A DNA stretch of 64,000 nt from Octopus sinensis (taxonomy: Eukaryota). The notes beneath the pieces were generated by a model, which saw only the letters and a program-made list of their open reading frames with translations, made no database searches and was not told the origin of the DNA. Location of the stretch: the NCBI RefSeq assembly GCF_006345805.1, contig NC_043004.1, positions 62,806,001 through 62,870,000 of the forward strand. The letters are read 5' to 3'. The translations under genes and the position numbers were made by a program. Below, in pieces: positions 26,315 to 42,248 of this stretch; the stretch's first letter is position 1; each line of letters begins with the position of its first letter.

Positions 26315-27048
26315 ATGTAAAAGAAGAGGAAAAGGTGGACACAATAGAGCAGGGGTACAAGATGGAAGAATGAAAGCGGTATGGATATGTGATAGCCAGA
26401 AATCAAAAAGGATACAGAATGTGTAAGGCCCAAGGGTGGCAGGTAATGCTGAGCAAGTGCTATGGATAAACTATATTTAAGCTCCAGGTTTGGTGATTAT
26501 GCGAATAAGGAGTCCAGCGTACGTCATATATCAGCGTGAGTATATATATATTTTTTTCAGAATGAGATAAAGTACCAAGGCTGTAAAGCGTTTAGAACAT
26601 TTTGAAATAGAATGACTTACAGCTGATCCCTTCATCGGAGACGGTGTGAGAGAACGGTTAAACAATAGTTAATTTAGATAAGATACAAAATAGAGTGAAG
26701 TGGAGGAATGAAAACAGATGTGAGATATGCACGAATATTGCATTTGCAGATCCGTTATTTAGGCAGAAGGCTATACATATAAGATTCCAATACCTTGTGA
26801 CTAAAATCTTGAGAAATTAGTCGACTCAAAACCAGAAAGAACAAAGCTAACTCGAAGACTACACATCCAATCCATCACTGGAAATGTAAATATCTGTAAA
26901 ACTTTCCGGTAGTATATATGGCTATGCAACTATATGCATGAGATTACAATACATTCCCTACTTTTAGGTCACTTTAAATAAAATCCTTGATTTAATAGCA
27001 TTGTTTACAAACTCTATACTTGAAACGACCAATTTTATATACCATTGG

Positions 27049-27089
<41 letters not shown>

Positions 27090-27099
27090 TATATATGTC

Positions 27100-27245
27100 C
27101 CTGTAAGCTATCGGTTTGAAAAAAAGGAACGATAGATTAAGTAGCGGGCTTACAAAAATGTTCTGGGGGAGATTTCTTTGACTAACACACTTTAAGATGG
27201 TGTTCCAGCATAGCCGCAGTCAAATGACTGAAACAAATAAAAAAA
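27100..27245 (+). mobile_element. SINE family A, 3' half
   Basis: GGTGTTCCAGCATAGCCGCAGTCAAATGACTGAAACAAATAAA tail. Confidence 0.7.
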
Positions 27246-28136
27246 AATATAATATACATGTATATACATTACCGCTTGACATCTGGTCTATGTTTCCTTA
27301 TGCAACTTAACGTTTCCGAAAAGTATCTCGACGAAATGAATTTCGGCTTTAAAATTATAAATACTGGGGTCAATTTATTCGAATAAACCCATCAAGATGT
27401 GCCACAAATTTTCTACATTAAATTTGAAAGATACATATATATGATTACTGATAAAACATTGAGAATTACCGGGATGCATCTATATAGTTACAAACATATA
27501 TCAGTATGAAATAGTGTCTGTTAAGAAAATTTATTTTTTCTTGTTCAATTTTGAAATTGTAATCTAAAAGAGTTGGAAAACTCGATTTGGCCAATTCGTA
27601 TTTCGCAAGATTCATTAATGTCAGTTCAATCTTTTGACTTTTCAGTAACCTTACATCGAATACAGCTTAATTAATGTTAAGTTTACTAATAAAAAAATAA
27701 AATTACTTTAATAGAAGCTTTATAAAAACACTGAAATTCGCAGTCTTCAGAATATTAATATCCATTGATAAAATGTTGTTTGCTTTCCATAATTTCAGGC
27801 CCGATCCCAATGAATGATAGATTGGACAGCGCTTTAATAGAAAATCCCCCAGTTGGCCTATATCCTCCGAATGTAATTCGGGAGGCTTAATCTGCACAGG
27901 AGACAGCCGATGTATATATATCTTAAATTACATATTGTTGTTTTAAAAGAGCAATGTGTACATCACCTGTGCATTTACGAATAATCTGCGATGTGCCTTA
28001 ATTCTAATTATAGGATGAATTTTCTTACAAAATCAAGTTTCCTCATTTTCTAGGGGGAATAAGCCGGCAGACGAAGTCCCTACAAAAACTAAGAATACGT
28101 ATACATCTGCATATATAAATACACACATATATATAT

Positions 28137-28178
<42 letters not shown>

Positions 28179-28208
28179 ACAAACACACACTCACACACAC
28201 ATACATAC

Positions 28209-28299
<91 letters not shown>

Positions 28300-28344
28300 T
28301 ATACAATGTCAGGTGTGATATAGAGAAATTAAATATTGAAATAA

Positions 28345-29625
<1,281 letters not shown>

Positions 29626-29663
29626 ATCCTGACGACCTTTTTTTCTTAAAATATATATATATG

Positions 29664-29751
<88 letters not shown>

Positions 29752-30607
29752 AGGAAAAGAGAGAGAGAGAAGCGATAGATAGATAGATAAATAGATGCAT
29801 GAAAATATATGTGCACATATGTATGAATGATTACATGCACGCATGTACGTCTCTGTGAAAATTAGTGGTGGATTGTTTCCTTTTATTTGAAGGAGTATGT
29901 TCCCTACACGTTAAATAGTTTCCCATCAGATATTCATTTACAAACCACATCTCCGTTATATTGAATAGTAGATACAAATAATTACCGGGCAGTATATATA
30001 TGATCGTATTTTCTATACCATGCCTCGGCATTTCTGTGATCTACTGCATAAACAATGTGAAAGGGCAATTGAGTACATTCATCTTGTTGATAATTGATAT
30101 ATTCTGTCTATAGTCCTGTACTGTGTAGACTCAACGTCTTGAGAGCAGTACTTCTTGTTTATATCACATACCAGAGAGAAATAATCGCTGCAACTAAAGT
30201 AAACGGCTGTCTATCAAAAGGGCCGACGTCACAGCTACGACGTCGCTTCATCTTTCTGCTCGATGTAGATGCAAATTTCATTTCCTATTCTTCAGAGTAT
30301 TGGGGAAAGGAAAGATAACATTGAAAAGTGTTGTCTTATATAAATGATCACAGCCCCATCTGTATAATTTAAGATGATAGATAGATTGAATCGATCTGTT
30401 CATGGTCAATTGAATTGCTAAAATTAGCAGTTAAAGCGTTTCACATATCTTCTACCATCAATTTACAAAGATGGTACATATTTTATAATTTCTGTCCTAT
30501 TTTATAATTTCAAAGATAGGGCACAGTAAAAGGGCTCGAGAAGTGGTTAAATTCTGTGTAAGATTCATGAGGTGTAAATAATATTTACAGTAAATATATG
30601 AATATTT

Positions 30608-30950
30608 GTGTGGTAAGAAAGTGCTTCCCAACCACGCTGCCCCGCATTAAGTCCAACTGAATGGAACATTAAACAAGTGCCTTCTCCTAAAGTGTCGGCC
30701 CGATCAATGCTCTAAGTTTGGTAGGCAGAAACTGAAAGAAGCCCCTCCCATATATGTGTCTATGTGTGTATATGTCTTTGTGTCTGTGTTTGTCCCCCAC
30801 CATCACTTGCCAGCCGGTATCAGTGTGTTTACGTCCACATAACTTAGTGGTTAGGCAAACACGGTCGCTAGTGTAGGTACTAGGCTATAGTAGACGGGTC
30901 GATATATTCGATAAAAATTTCGAGGCAGTGTCCTAGCACGGCCGCAGGCA
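30608..30950 (+). mobile_element. SINE family A, diverged copy whose 3' end was duplicated in inverted orientation
   Basis: GTGGTAAG head, TTTGGTAGGCAGAAACTGAAAGAAGCCC core, GTGTGTTTACGTCC; 3' part forms the left arm of the 30869-31077 palindrome. Confidence 0.7.
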
Positions 30951-31072
30951 AATAATTATATATATATATAATAATTATATATATATATAATTATTTGCCT
31001 GCGGCCGTGCTAGGACACTGCCTCGAAATTTTTATCGAATATATCGACCCGTCTACTATAGCCTAGTACCTA

Positions 31073-31077
<5 letters not shown>
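30869..31077. repeat. Perfect ~209-bp palindrome (~102-bp arms, 5-nt spacer)
   Basis: TAGTGTAGGTACTAGGCTATAGTAGACGGGTCG...GCAGGCAAATAAT(TA)7-ATAAT-(TA)7ATTATTTGCCTGC...CGACCCGTCTACTATAGCCTAGTACCTACACTA. No mismatches seen between arms. Confidence 0.92.
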
Positions 31078-31129
<52 letters not shown>

Positions 31130-31200
31130 CATACATACATATACACATACACATACAAATCGTCTAACCACGAAGAGTATATTCTGAAGAAATAAAAAAT

Positions 31201-31259
<59 letters not shown>

Positions 31260-31269
31260 ATGTATTGCG

Positions 31270-31490
31270 TGTTTTTTTGTGTGACTGTTTGTGTGTTTGT
31301 CCCTCGAAAATCGCCTGGGAAGCGATGGTGGCATGTTCGCGCTCCCCGTAATTTAGCGGTTCTGCAAAAGAGAGCGATACGATAAGTACTAGGCTTACAA
31401 AGAATAAGTCCTAGGGTGAATAACTCGACCAAAGCGGTGCCCTAGCATGGTCACAGTCATCTGACTGGAACAATAAAATAAATAAAGGTA
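31270..31490 (+). mobile_element. SINE family A, 3' half
   Basis: TTAGCGGTTC..CAAAAGAGA.CGATA..ATAAGTACTAGGCTTACAAAGAATAAGTCC...AAAGCGGTGCCCTAGCATGG...CAGTCATCTGACTG. Confidence 0.75.
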
Positions 31491-31542
31491 TATATATATA
31501 TATATGTGTGGGTGGGTGTGGGAATATGTGTGTGTGTGTAGT

Positions 31543-32199
31543 CTCCAAGTCCTCCACTGTGCAAGGTTTTGCTTGTAGACGTCCTCTTTTGTGTAACCCC
31601 ACAGATGAAAATCTCACGTAGCGAGACCTGAACTTCTAGGAGTTCTGGACTTCTGCGGTCACACTATTCATGTTTTATCTCTTTCATGTAATGGGGTTTT
31701 CACGGACGGAAATTCAATTCTTTATGCAACACCGTACGTACTGTGTATCTTGTTAGTCCACTTTCACGAGATACTTGAAGTGTTGGTTTTGCGGACTCCG
31801 ATTAAATATTTCCTGTACTGTTTTCACGTCTCCGCTGATCTGGATATGCTTGGGCGGACACTTCTTATGCATCATTCACGAAGCCCGCGGTCATCAGCTT
31901 TGCATGATAACTCTTTTTTTTTTGTTTCTGAATGTAGTGTTTCATGCTTATCTTTCAATGCACGCCGCCTCTGAACCAAATCAATTGAATTCCACAATGT
32001 ATAGCGTGCTGCTATCTTAGCTCACTCATGAACAGTGAAGCTACAGGCCATCTGGATATAAGAAATAAGAAATAAGACAATAAAAATATAAGAAATTCCT
32101 ATTAGTGTTGTCTGTTTGAAAAATGATTTCATGATTACAGTGATATTAAAAATTCTATAAGCAATTTCTAATGCCTAGTTACTTTCCACTTATCCTGTA
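31543..32199 (-). mobile_element. Tc1/mariner-superfamily remnant (maT/DD37D-like), internally deleted
   Basis: Minus strand reads VKTVQEIFNRSPQKPTLQVSRESGLTRYTVRTVLHKELNFRP*KPHY, then joins to SPDLAT*DFHLWGYTKEDVYKQKPCTVEDLE. TIR-like TA-CAGGATAAGTGGAAAGTAACT at 32176-32199. Confidence 0.7.
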
Positions 32200-32867
32200 T
32201 AAAACTGGTAGTTTTGCATCTTCCAGTGTTGATGCAACTGATCAGGTGTCTTGTTCAAAAGAAATATGTCACCCAATATACTCGGTTTAGTTTCATTCGA
32301 TTATACGGCGTACTGCTTGCCATTGGCAGTATGTTGTTGGCTAAAATGACAGGGAATGGATACAATTTGCAGGCTATGAAAGCTTATCACCATGCAGAAG
32401 GTTTATCTTATTTCTACCTGTCATAATAATGAATGAAAATAAAAATCGCAGTACTAATAATATAAAAATCAAATATAAAATGACCTAAATATTGTGCCAT
32501 CACTTTTCACAAACCTAGGGATTAACAATTTCACTTAACCGCTCATTTGCATATATCTATATTCATCAAAATGAAACTTGCAAGAAGGTAACTCACAGAA
32601 TACCCATTGAAAGATTGTTTCTGTTTTGAATCCATTACCTACTTGATCTCAGATACCGGCGACACGCAGATTATTAGCGGAATCTTCTTTCTTGCAATCA
32701 TTATTGACCTGTTATCTCTCTAAGGACATATTCCTCTCTTCTTAAAACCCAATCTCGAAAGTCTTGAGATTTGATATTTTGTGCATTTAAGATTTACCCA
32801 CTACCAAAATTAAAACAAAAGATTCTAATAATATTCTTAAAAGTCTGTGTTTTTTCCTTCGTTTCAG

Positions 32868-32980
32868 ATATGCGAAAGTTTCGAATAATTTGAATGCCAT
32901 ATCAATCTTTTCGCTAATCTCTCGTTTTCTGTGTTACGTGAACAGTGCCATAAATCCGATAATATATAATTTTATGAGTG
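32868..32980 (+). CDS. Orexin/allatotropin-type GPCR, internal exon (ECL3-TM7)
   Basis: ttttttccttcgtttcag|A...G|gtaagt, 113 nt, phase 2 to phase 1, matching both neighbours. Encodes YAKVSNNLNAISIFSLISRFLCYVNSAINPIIYNFMS with the NPxxY motif. Confidence 0.93.
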
Positions 32981-34101
32981 GTAAGTAAATATTTTCTTGC
33001 TTATATCCCAAATTTTTGAATCAGAAATAAAATGTACACACATCTATTAACGTTTATTATATATTACTTTATTGTAGTAAAATCAACTTACGGCTGTTTC
33101 CGATCGTTTTTATCTGGTCCTTCATTGACCTGTTTTCTCAATCGGCCAATTGACCAGTTTAGAAAAACTGAACGGTGTTAAATAATTAATGCTATCATTA
33201 TGATTCTTGGTGTATACCGATAAAACCAAGCAGAAAATGAAAGGGAACGATAGACGCATAGTAAGAGGAGCGAAAATATGCAACACCAGGTCAGTAGAAC
33301 AGAGATAATAAAAAAGATTTTTTAAAAATGACGATATGGAAGAGAAGATCTAAAGGAAAGGGGAAGAAAGTAAAAGAAGAGGAAAAGGTGGACACAATAG
33401 AGAAGGGGCACAAGATGGAAGAATGAAAGCGGTATGGATATGTGATAGCCAGAAATCAAAGAGAATACAGCAATGGATGTATTAGGGGCCTTAGTCTGTG
33501 TAATTGTGTCATTACACTACAAAGCAGTTACATTGTCGTCAGTTTAAATACTATCCAGATAATAATTTGAAAATTGATATTACAGATTTATTCATGTGGT
33601 TGGCTTAAATGTTTAATGGTGGGTACTTATTACTATATCATATTGAGAGTGAAGTGTATTAGACAAAATTAAGGGTAAATGGAATGAAAGAACCACCAGC
33701 AATAATAGGTAAAGAAAGCTATAGCAAAAGAGGATAAGTAGATAGAGGGAAAATATAAGATGAAACATAAAAATAAAATAAAATAACAATAAAATCAAAA
33801 ATAAATGCACAAAATTAAAAGAATTCAATGAAATAAAGATGAAATGAAAATAAAAAAATAATGACAAAATAGAATAATTTCTATAACGTGCATTTATCCA
33901 TTTGGCATTAAACCCATTGGCTCCAGTTAATTATGTTACTCTCTGATGTAAGTATTTGGACTGACAGCAAAGTTCGCGGCTCATTCGTCCTATTTAATAC
34001 GGCTTAGCTCTAGCGAAAGTCGACCATTGTAAGTCATATTTCGTTTTGCTGTTGCCAGGATAACTTGCTAAGGGAAGCTGAGTTTTTAGCTACATTAGGA
34101 G

Positions 34102-34646
34102 CTAAAGTAGTGCTTTTCTGATTGCAGCCATCCGTTGAAATCTGGCTCTTTGTACCTCCCAGAGAACAGTTTTTGTGGAAACTGGGTTCTCAAGATGGTC
34201 ATTAAGTTCTGCAGTAATTTTGGAATCTGTACTTTTGTGATTGTTTGTAACAATTCGTGTAAGAACCCAACTGTCCCTATCTGAAATGTTTGGTTTTCTT
34301 CCGGAATTTTGTTTCGACGAGGAGGTTTTTCCCTCTTTCTCGAAGGCTGTCATTACTTTCAAAAGAGTACTTCTTGATACACCAAACATTTCAGCTGTTT
34401 TCGTTATGCTAGCGCCTGCCATATAAGCACCAACAATAAGCACCAACGATAGATGTGTCATTTTAATGAATTTTAATTAGGTTTTTCTGATATCTGAAAA
34501 GAAACAGCAAATTTAGCAAAACATTACGCAACACTAAGAAATAAAAAATATAAAAATAAACAAACTTTTGACGATTTTACATATATATATCAAAATTATT
34601 TATGCTAAGATGCTAGGTGTTTCCATTATTTTGTCCAACCATTGTA
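34102..34646 (-). mobile_element. Tc1-like transposon, 5' half
   Basis: IVGAYMAGASITKTAEMFGVSRST...NSGRKP...LENPVSTKTV...AAIRK (paired-like HTH, GRPR-like linker). TIR TA-CAATGGTTGGACAAAATAATGGAAACACC at 34617-34646. Catalytic half absent. Confidence 0.85.
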
Positions 34647-35144
34647 TATACACATTGGCGGAACAAAGACAATTAATCGTTGCTTAACTGAAAGTAACGT
34701 TATAAATTGAAGTCAAAGCTTTTACATAATGTACCTTAAATTTTGAAAGTCAAGTGCTGACTCCCACTTAATACTGAAAACCTTTTCTAGTACAAAATAT
34801 TGGATTTACTCTGATCCTATTTCGGCAAAAGACCAGCATTTAAAAATATTTTTAACTTTATTTTTCTTATCTTTTATTGATATGCGTATATATTTAATTT
34901 TCAAGTTTTGTGTGTCTCCTATACCTTTTCCGTGCATGCTTCGGTGATTTATTTCTCCAATTATTTTATTTCTAGACTTTATAACAGAATATATATAGAG
35001 ATCCAAATTAAACATTTTATAATATTAGCTTTGCAAGTGCAATGCACCAAAGAATCTTGCCACTGATATTTAGGACGCAATTTATCGCGTAAGTCGAAAA
35101 TCAGCGACAAGAATCTCGGTGTAATAATAATAATAATAATAATA

Positions 35145-35191
<47 letters not shown>

Positions 35192-35659
35192 TAAGGAGGT
35201 AAGCACCTGCATAATTAGAAAAACTGTAAACCACGGCAAAACTTATAAGTAAAAAAACAGAAATTTTGAAGGGGAAAACTGGAATTCAAATATTAAACCT
35301 GAGCATCAGTTTACACACATATATATATATATATTTCTGTCAGTATTTAAAAACTGAACAAGGTGAATTTGTTCATTTCCACACCAAGGTCAGCTCTCTC
35401 ATTGATTGCATGTAGTAGTAAATATATTTCAGCTCTTTTGACCCCAAGTGTCTGAGACATCTTTTCTCTCCTTATAGCACAGGAATGCCTACTGCTTATC
35501 TCTTCACCATCTCTTTACATTCCTGTGGAATTTAATTTGTTCCCCTCGCTGATTCACTTTCTCCTGCTTTTCACTTAAACCCTCACATATTTATGATCGC
35601 CTCACTTACAAAACAAGAGTTGAAAGGAAACATTCAACTATATCATTTAATAATAAATG

Positions 35660-35800
35660 AAAATAATGATAATGATAGTAATAATAGTGATGATGTTAAT
35701 ATTAATAATAATAATAATTATAATAATAATCATAATAATAATAATAATAATAATCATAATAATAATAATGATGATAATAATAATAATAGTAATAATAATA

Positions 35801-35838
<38 letters not shown>

Positions 35839-35979
35839 AATGAGGAGAAGGAGGAGGAGGATAATCTAGCCAGAAGTCATGTCGGATCACAGGAAATATT
35901 AACAGTGACAAGTAAGAAAAAAATGAAAATATTATCAGTGATGATGATGATGATAATAATAATAATAATAGTAATAATG

Positions 35980-36024
<45 letters not shown>

Positions 36025-36028
36025 GTAC

Positions 36029-36069
<41 letters not shown>

Positions 36070-36073
36070 TTAG

Positions 36074-36137
<64 letters not shown>
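35660..36137. repeat. Long compound (TAA)n/(TGA)n microsatellite
   Basis: Direct reading. Source of the poly-N/D/I ORFs. Confidence 0.95.
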
Positions 36138-36138
<1 letters not shown>

Positions 36139-36669
36139 GGCTCTCATGGCTTCTGATCTTAACTGATTGAAAGGGTTATCATGTACATTGTTTTGTCTTG
36201 GTATAAAAGATGGGCTACAGCAAATATTTTGCTCAATACCACAGATTTGCTTGTCAGTTGTTTGACCTTAACCAGTCAAGCATGTCCCTTAGTGGCTGAC
36301 GATATGTGCATCTCTGATCACGAGCAGAAGTAGTGGGGGAGTATCATAGCCATGTGTTGAGAGGGATTCTTTGGGGTTTGAATAATTCACCTCTGGAAAC
36401 ATGGGTGCTTCGTTCAACATCGTAAAGCAACCCTTATTCAGGGACATTTTGAGCAGGATGGGCTACTCGACCTGAAGAAAATTCTAACTGGGCCCCACCT
36501 GCAAAGTCATGCGCTGTTTATCTTGATATGGGATCACCATGTCGCGCACATTTGGTTGTGATGCATGTGCCTAGTGTACCCTTATCAGACGGGTAGTCAT
36601 GATGGGTATACTAGGCTTCGTATATTTTACCCCAGTGTCACTTTGATGGCATGCACTGCTCTCTCACTC
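36138..36669. mobile_element. ~530-bp non-coding insertion embedded in (TAA)n; unclassified interspersed repeat
   Basis: GC-richer unique block with (TAA)n directly on both sides. No credible ORF. Repeat status inferred from context only. Confidence 0.45.
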
Positions 36670-36765
<96 letters not shown>

Positions 36766-36768
36766 AAT

Positions 36769-38020
36769 GAAACGTAGCGGTTGGAATCTCCCTATACTCT
36801 GATTGAAGATACATCTAGTGATGGTGTCACAATAAAAACACTGGTGAGTACCCAACCAGATAATCACTACCTCATACGAGAGACGATTAAAAAAACAAAA
36901 TATTGTGAATAACGGTGGTAATGAAACTGAAGCCCTTGATGTTGACAGTCTTACACTCTGAAAGCTCAGGGATACTGCTCGGACACCAGCCTGTCGTTAT
37001 CTAGCATGGAGCCAGAACACACGGCGTACATAGAACAAACAAGTCAGTGCTGTGGTCATGGAGTGTACGACATGATCAACCCTGTAGAATAAAAAGGTGT
37101 TCATTTTAGTGGGTACAAACAAGGTATGTATAAGCAATAGAGAGAAAGAGGATTGATTCAACTCACGAAACAGAGATTATGTGTTCGAGCCAGAGGAATA
37201 AGAATATATCGTTGATTCACAGAAATACAGCGCAAAGCACTCAAAACACGGGTATTGGAAAACAGCAGCAGAGAAAACGATGAACATGCAGTTCCTACTA
37301 ATAATGTCATTGCAGAAAACAGATGTGAAATCTCTAAACATCTACAGGAAAGGAACAGTGAATGCTTGGTCGATGAGAGACATACGGATAGTTTCGAATA
37401 AGACAATAAAACTATTGGTGACATGACAGATGGGCAAAAGTCTATCTACGACAGAATAAAGGCAAGGCTACAGTAGAATCATAGCGACATTACTTGCAAA
37501 CCTTAAAATGTTTGGTCAGTGGAAATTGAACTAAGAAATGATAAACGTGAATGGAATTCTGAAGTAAATCAGAACAAAAATCATCACAGAAACAAATAAT
37601 TTGATCACGGCAACAAATATTGTTGTAGCAGACATTGTTGGTTTTGATGTCATGAAAATGAAATATAATGGGAGTGACAAAATAAAAGATCCATGATGGA
37701 AAGGAAGAATACATGCGGGATTATATATCCACTCGAAGGGCATCTCTGCATTAGACTGAAAAGAGAAAGGCTGGGGCGAACGAAATTACAGTGCACTGAA
37801 CAAGAAGTATGATATTGGAAGAAAGGGCCTGAAATGAACAGAGGAATTGAAACAGCTCCTTGTTTCAAAGAAAGCGAATATGGCAAGATAGGACCAAAGA
37901 ATGACGGGATACCAGCAGAATAGGTTATTCAGTGTAGATCAGGAGAGATTCTACAAAGAAATAAAGGGAAAGTGTACAGATGAAAAGTTGATACCAGACA
38001 ACATTGAAAGACAAAATTAT
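36769..38020 (+). mobile_element. R4/Dong-type LINE, decayed 5' portion (pre-RT region)
   Basis: Fragments ERGLIQLTKQRLCVRARGIR, KVNGILK*IRTKIITETNNLITATNIVVAD, KDP*WKGRI and EELKQLLVSKKA...YQQNRLFSVDQERFYKEI resemble the Dong/R4 N-terminal region. Starts immediately after (TAA)n at 36670-36768. Confidence 0.75.
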
Positions 38021-41000
38021 TAGTGTGTGTTAGAGAACGCAAATGCCACTCATATGCAAAGCCCATGGTGGAACTCAAATACATTATCTTCGAATACTTT
38101 TTGAACATCATTAGTGCTTCTTGGAATTGGAATGTATTTGTATGGGGATGTTGCAGTCTTTGATTACATCAGTGGTGTTTGCGAGAACACGGAAACTTCG
38201 AAGTATTGGACGCAAGAATTCAACCAACAAATTAACTCACGAATAATGTAATATGATTATAATTCTCATATAAATGAAACAAAAGTATTATTCGATGTCT
38301 ACTATTACGGAGCTAAGGGTAAAAAATTGTTTTGAGAAAAAATATTTCACTTTAGTAAAAGTAATTTCATGTATTCAGGAACTGGAACCAGTTTACCTAT
38401 TTGGAACACTACAAAATTTCTTCAGATGTGAGTACGTTGATCACTAGAAAACGGAAAATACGTATATATTCGTTTGAAGTTGGTTCAAAAAGAGATACAA
38501 CAATTTGAACAATTTCGGTATTCTTTTACTTCTAAAGAAAATATTTCTATGCATGAATTTTCTGGAATTCTGGCGCATAGATTTTTGCATGTTTGGTAGA
38601 CTTGAAATAATCTGACGCTCTAAACCTAATTTTAAGTGAACTAACAAATAAGGCTATTAATATACATTTACTGGTATATTACATGAAAAGACACGGATAA
38701 TTTTGCGGAGAAAAGGTATGAATACATTTTATAAATGTTGGAGAAGAAAATCCCTCGTATAGTTACCTAATATTTGAATATACACTTGACCTCGCGCATA
38801 GGCCTGTGTATTTGTTCCAGGATTTTTATACATAAATACATTTGCATCCACATATATATACAGTTGTACATAAGAAAGCGTTACAATATGGATCCTCGTC
38901 CATTTGTATGATATTGTCGGCACTGTAATATTCTTGTCGCTACTATTATATTGTGGATGGATTCCGCCTCTTCTTATCGTTGACTCGTTTATCGTGCTAT
39001 CGCTGAGAGCTCTCCAAGACAATGGGGAGGAAATCACTGGATGCCGGCTGTCTTCCCGAAAATTTCCTATCCCACTAGATTGCCCCAGTCTTAAAAATGA
39101 ACAACAAATCCACTTCATACAAACGATATAGAATGGCATCTGCGTTGGAGGTAATAAATCACGAGTTTCTTGAGACGATCCCAATTAGCAAGATATGTCA
39201 AGACATCCATTTTTCCCTTCTGATTGATCTTTGAGATTCTTCACATTTTATATCTTTTCCGAGCAGGGAGAACACAGCGGACAACAAAATCCAAGGTGAG
39301 GACATGTGAAAGGGGAGAAGGGACGGACGACGTTGAGGGCACCTCTAGACCGATTAGTACTGAGGGTTTAGGAACACGTCCTTCGAGCGATCTCTGTAGA
39401 CATGTAGGTACGGGTTCACTACTACCCAACGCCGAACAAATTTTAGAGTGGATATGGCAGATGGTTACTGAAACACTGTCGAAATGAGTGTGTGTGTCTG
39501 TATGTGGTGTTTGTGTTCGTATGTATCCGTGGGCGTGTGTATGCGTGTGCTCGTGCCTGTTCGTGCACACACATACACGCTCACACACAAACACACGCAC
39601 ACATATATAGATACGTATATATATAAGCACACCATGTGCATTTGGGTCATTGTGTTTATTCTCTTTTCTCAAAAAATTTTAGTTTCACTACATCCCCCAT
39701 TACATAGCATTTCAGCAAAAATAGAGAGATTAAATTAATTCCAATCTTAAAAATATGTTTCTGTCGATTTGTTCAGCGAAACTCTTTGCTTTGTCCTCAA
39801 GCATCGACTTGTTATTTAACTGGAGGACTGGAATCGACGTGGAATTCTAAACCTAACAGTATCACATGGACATTTATTTTTCGACATAAGATATACTTGA
39901 TATTAGTGAAGCACCTAAATACACACACCTGACTACCACGTTCTACATGTGTGAATAAACTCTAAACAATAGCACAAAAAATTTAATCAAAACCTGTTCT
40001 CTGTAACACCTTTGCAATCAAACATATATATGCGGTTGAGGAGAGAGAGAGAGAGAGAGAGAGAGGCATTCTTTGTTAGTGAATGAATCAATATTAACTC
40101 AAGCATTTTGCGTATACATTTAATTGGATATAGCATCGAAACTCAGTAAACCGCGGTTTTCCTCTCGAGACAGACGCTTGTATAATATTAGATAACACAG
40201 AAACATATTTGTAGCCCAGTACAATATTAAGCTTTTAAAAATTGCAACTCAAAAAAAAAAAATTAATACATATTCTTAATGTCTTCTCCACAGCAAAAGT
40301 GAAATGTGGTCATAGAATCATTTATGGTTGGTTTTCATATCACCAGGACGTGGGTATCTCAACATTGTTCTGTCCAATTATACAGCAATTCGCTTGTATA
40401 ATTTGATTGAAGTAAAATTCAAAACCCCACGATTGTCAATATAGGTATTACAAGGCAAGATACTGTGTGTTCGAAAAACCTAACTGAAGCCTCGAATATT
40501 GTTCGCTGTGGAGTTTAATAATATCTGAATACATCTTGAAATCTTTTCTCGTTGGCTGCCACTTTTCAATCTTTTTAATTTCTGATGGAATTGATTTTAT
40601 ATTCGGTGTAATGGAATAGTTTTATATACTAATCAATGTCTTGAAATTCATTTTCGCCATAAAATAACGATTAAATCTTCAGTAGCTTTTAAAGTTTATG
40701 AATTTGGGGTACTTTTTAGCTAATCATAAGCCACAGACAATTTCATGCTTGTTTCTATAGTAACACACCATGCAAGGGAGACCATTTCTCTCCGAGAAAG
40801 CATGCTTTGACAAATATATTCCATTCATTAAAGTGGTGGTGTAGTGTGTTTAAAATACCAGCTAAATAGCCCTCAAATCTTACACCCACAAATGTTTTCT
40901 TTTGGTTTTGGCATAATCGTATGAATTCCCAAGAAAGAATACAAATTCGCAAACATTTCTTAAAAATTCCAAAAGAGAAGATATTTATGTGGGGTTATAT

Positions 41001-41749
41001 GGCGTACGTAAAGTAGAATTCCACTAGTATTTTCATTTGTTTACTGTTGACAACACATGTTGTCCGCACAAAATGATCGCTTCCAATTCCTGCTTTTCAG
41101 ACTGTGTAAAGATTATCAAACTTTAAACACCTAAAACACTTTAAAAAAAACATTCTGGAAAAATTTAAATATCTCCTGAGATTTAGATTGGAAAACTACA
41201 TTAATATACCACAAATTTAAAAAGTTTTAATAAACTTTTAATTTTCGAAAATTGACAGCTTATCCAAAAATAAGATACACTTATTGGACAATACAAGGAG
41301 TACGATAATCTGATGTGATAATTATTCTATGAGCTATGACACATTATCTGCTATATTTCTACTGTGTGTACATAACATTGGGAGATGTATTTATAACTGT
41401 TTAGAAATACACTTCGTAAGGTACATTAACTGTATTCATATGTATAAATTGTTCCGAGATGTTTTTCTTTAACATATTCAAACTTACAGCAGCAGTCAAC
41501 ATTTAATAGTAAATATCAGACAAATAGAAATTACTCACTATTAATGACAAATAGAGATAAATTCTATCGAGTGTTTATAACTGTGTCTGCAGGTGTGGAT
41601 TCAAGCCGGGTGAGAAATTGTTGGACAAGATAAAAATCATATACGGTGGTCAATGTTTTTCTTCTCAGTCCTTGTTTTCTATCTTTATGCCTATTTGAAG
41701 TTATTCTAGAAATGTATGTGTTTTATGTACATACATACCTCCATATATT

Positions 41750-41763
41750 TATATATGTATATA

Positions 41764-41853
<90 letters not shown>

Positions 41854-41886
41854 GTATATATACATGCACAGACATATATATGTATA

Positions 41887-41963
<77 letters not shown>

Positions 41964-42050
41964 CATATATATATATATAATATATATATATATATACATG
42001 CACAGACATATATATGTATATATATGTATATATATATATATATAATATAT

Positions 42051-42105
<55 letters not shown>
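41750..42105. repeat. Interrupted (TA)n microsatellite
   Basis: Direct reading. Lies ~140 nt upstream of the last GPCR exon. Confidence 0.95.
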
Positions 42106-42107
<2 letters not shown>

Positions 42108-42248
42108 AGGTAAGTTTTATGTATGTGTTTGTGTGTGCATGTGTGTATATATTGCAATATTTATAACACACACACGCACACAGATATATATGCATGTACA
42201 ATGTTATAAATTTACATTTGTATATATTTACTTTCTTTTTTATTGCAG

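Noticed and set aside
38880-39490. GC-richer block with short ORFs on both strands
   Set aside because: No recognisable domain, splice pattern or repeat family; left unexplained.
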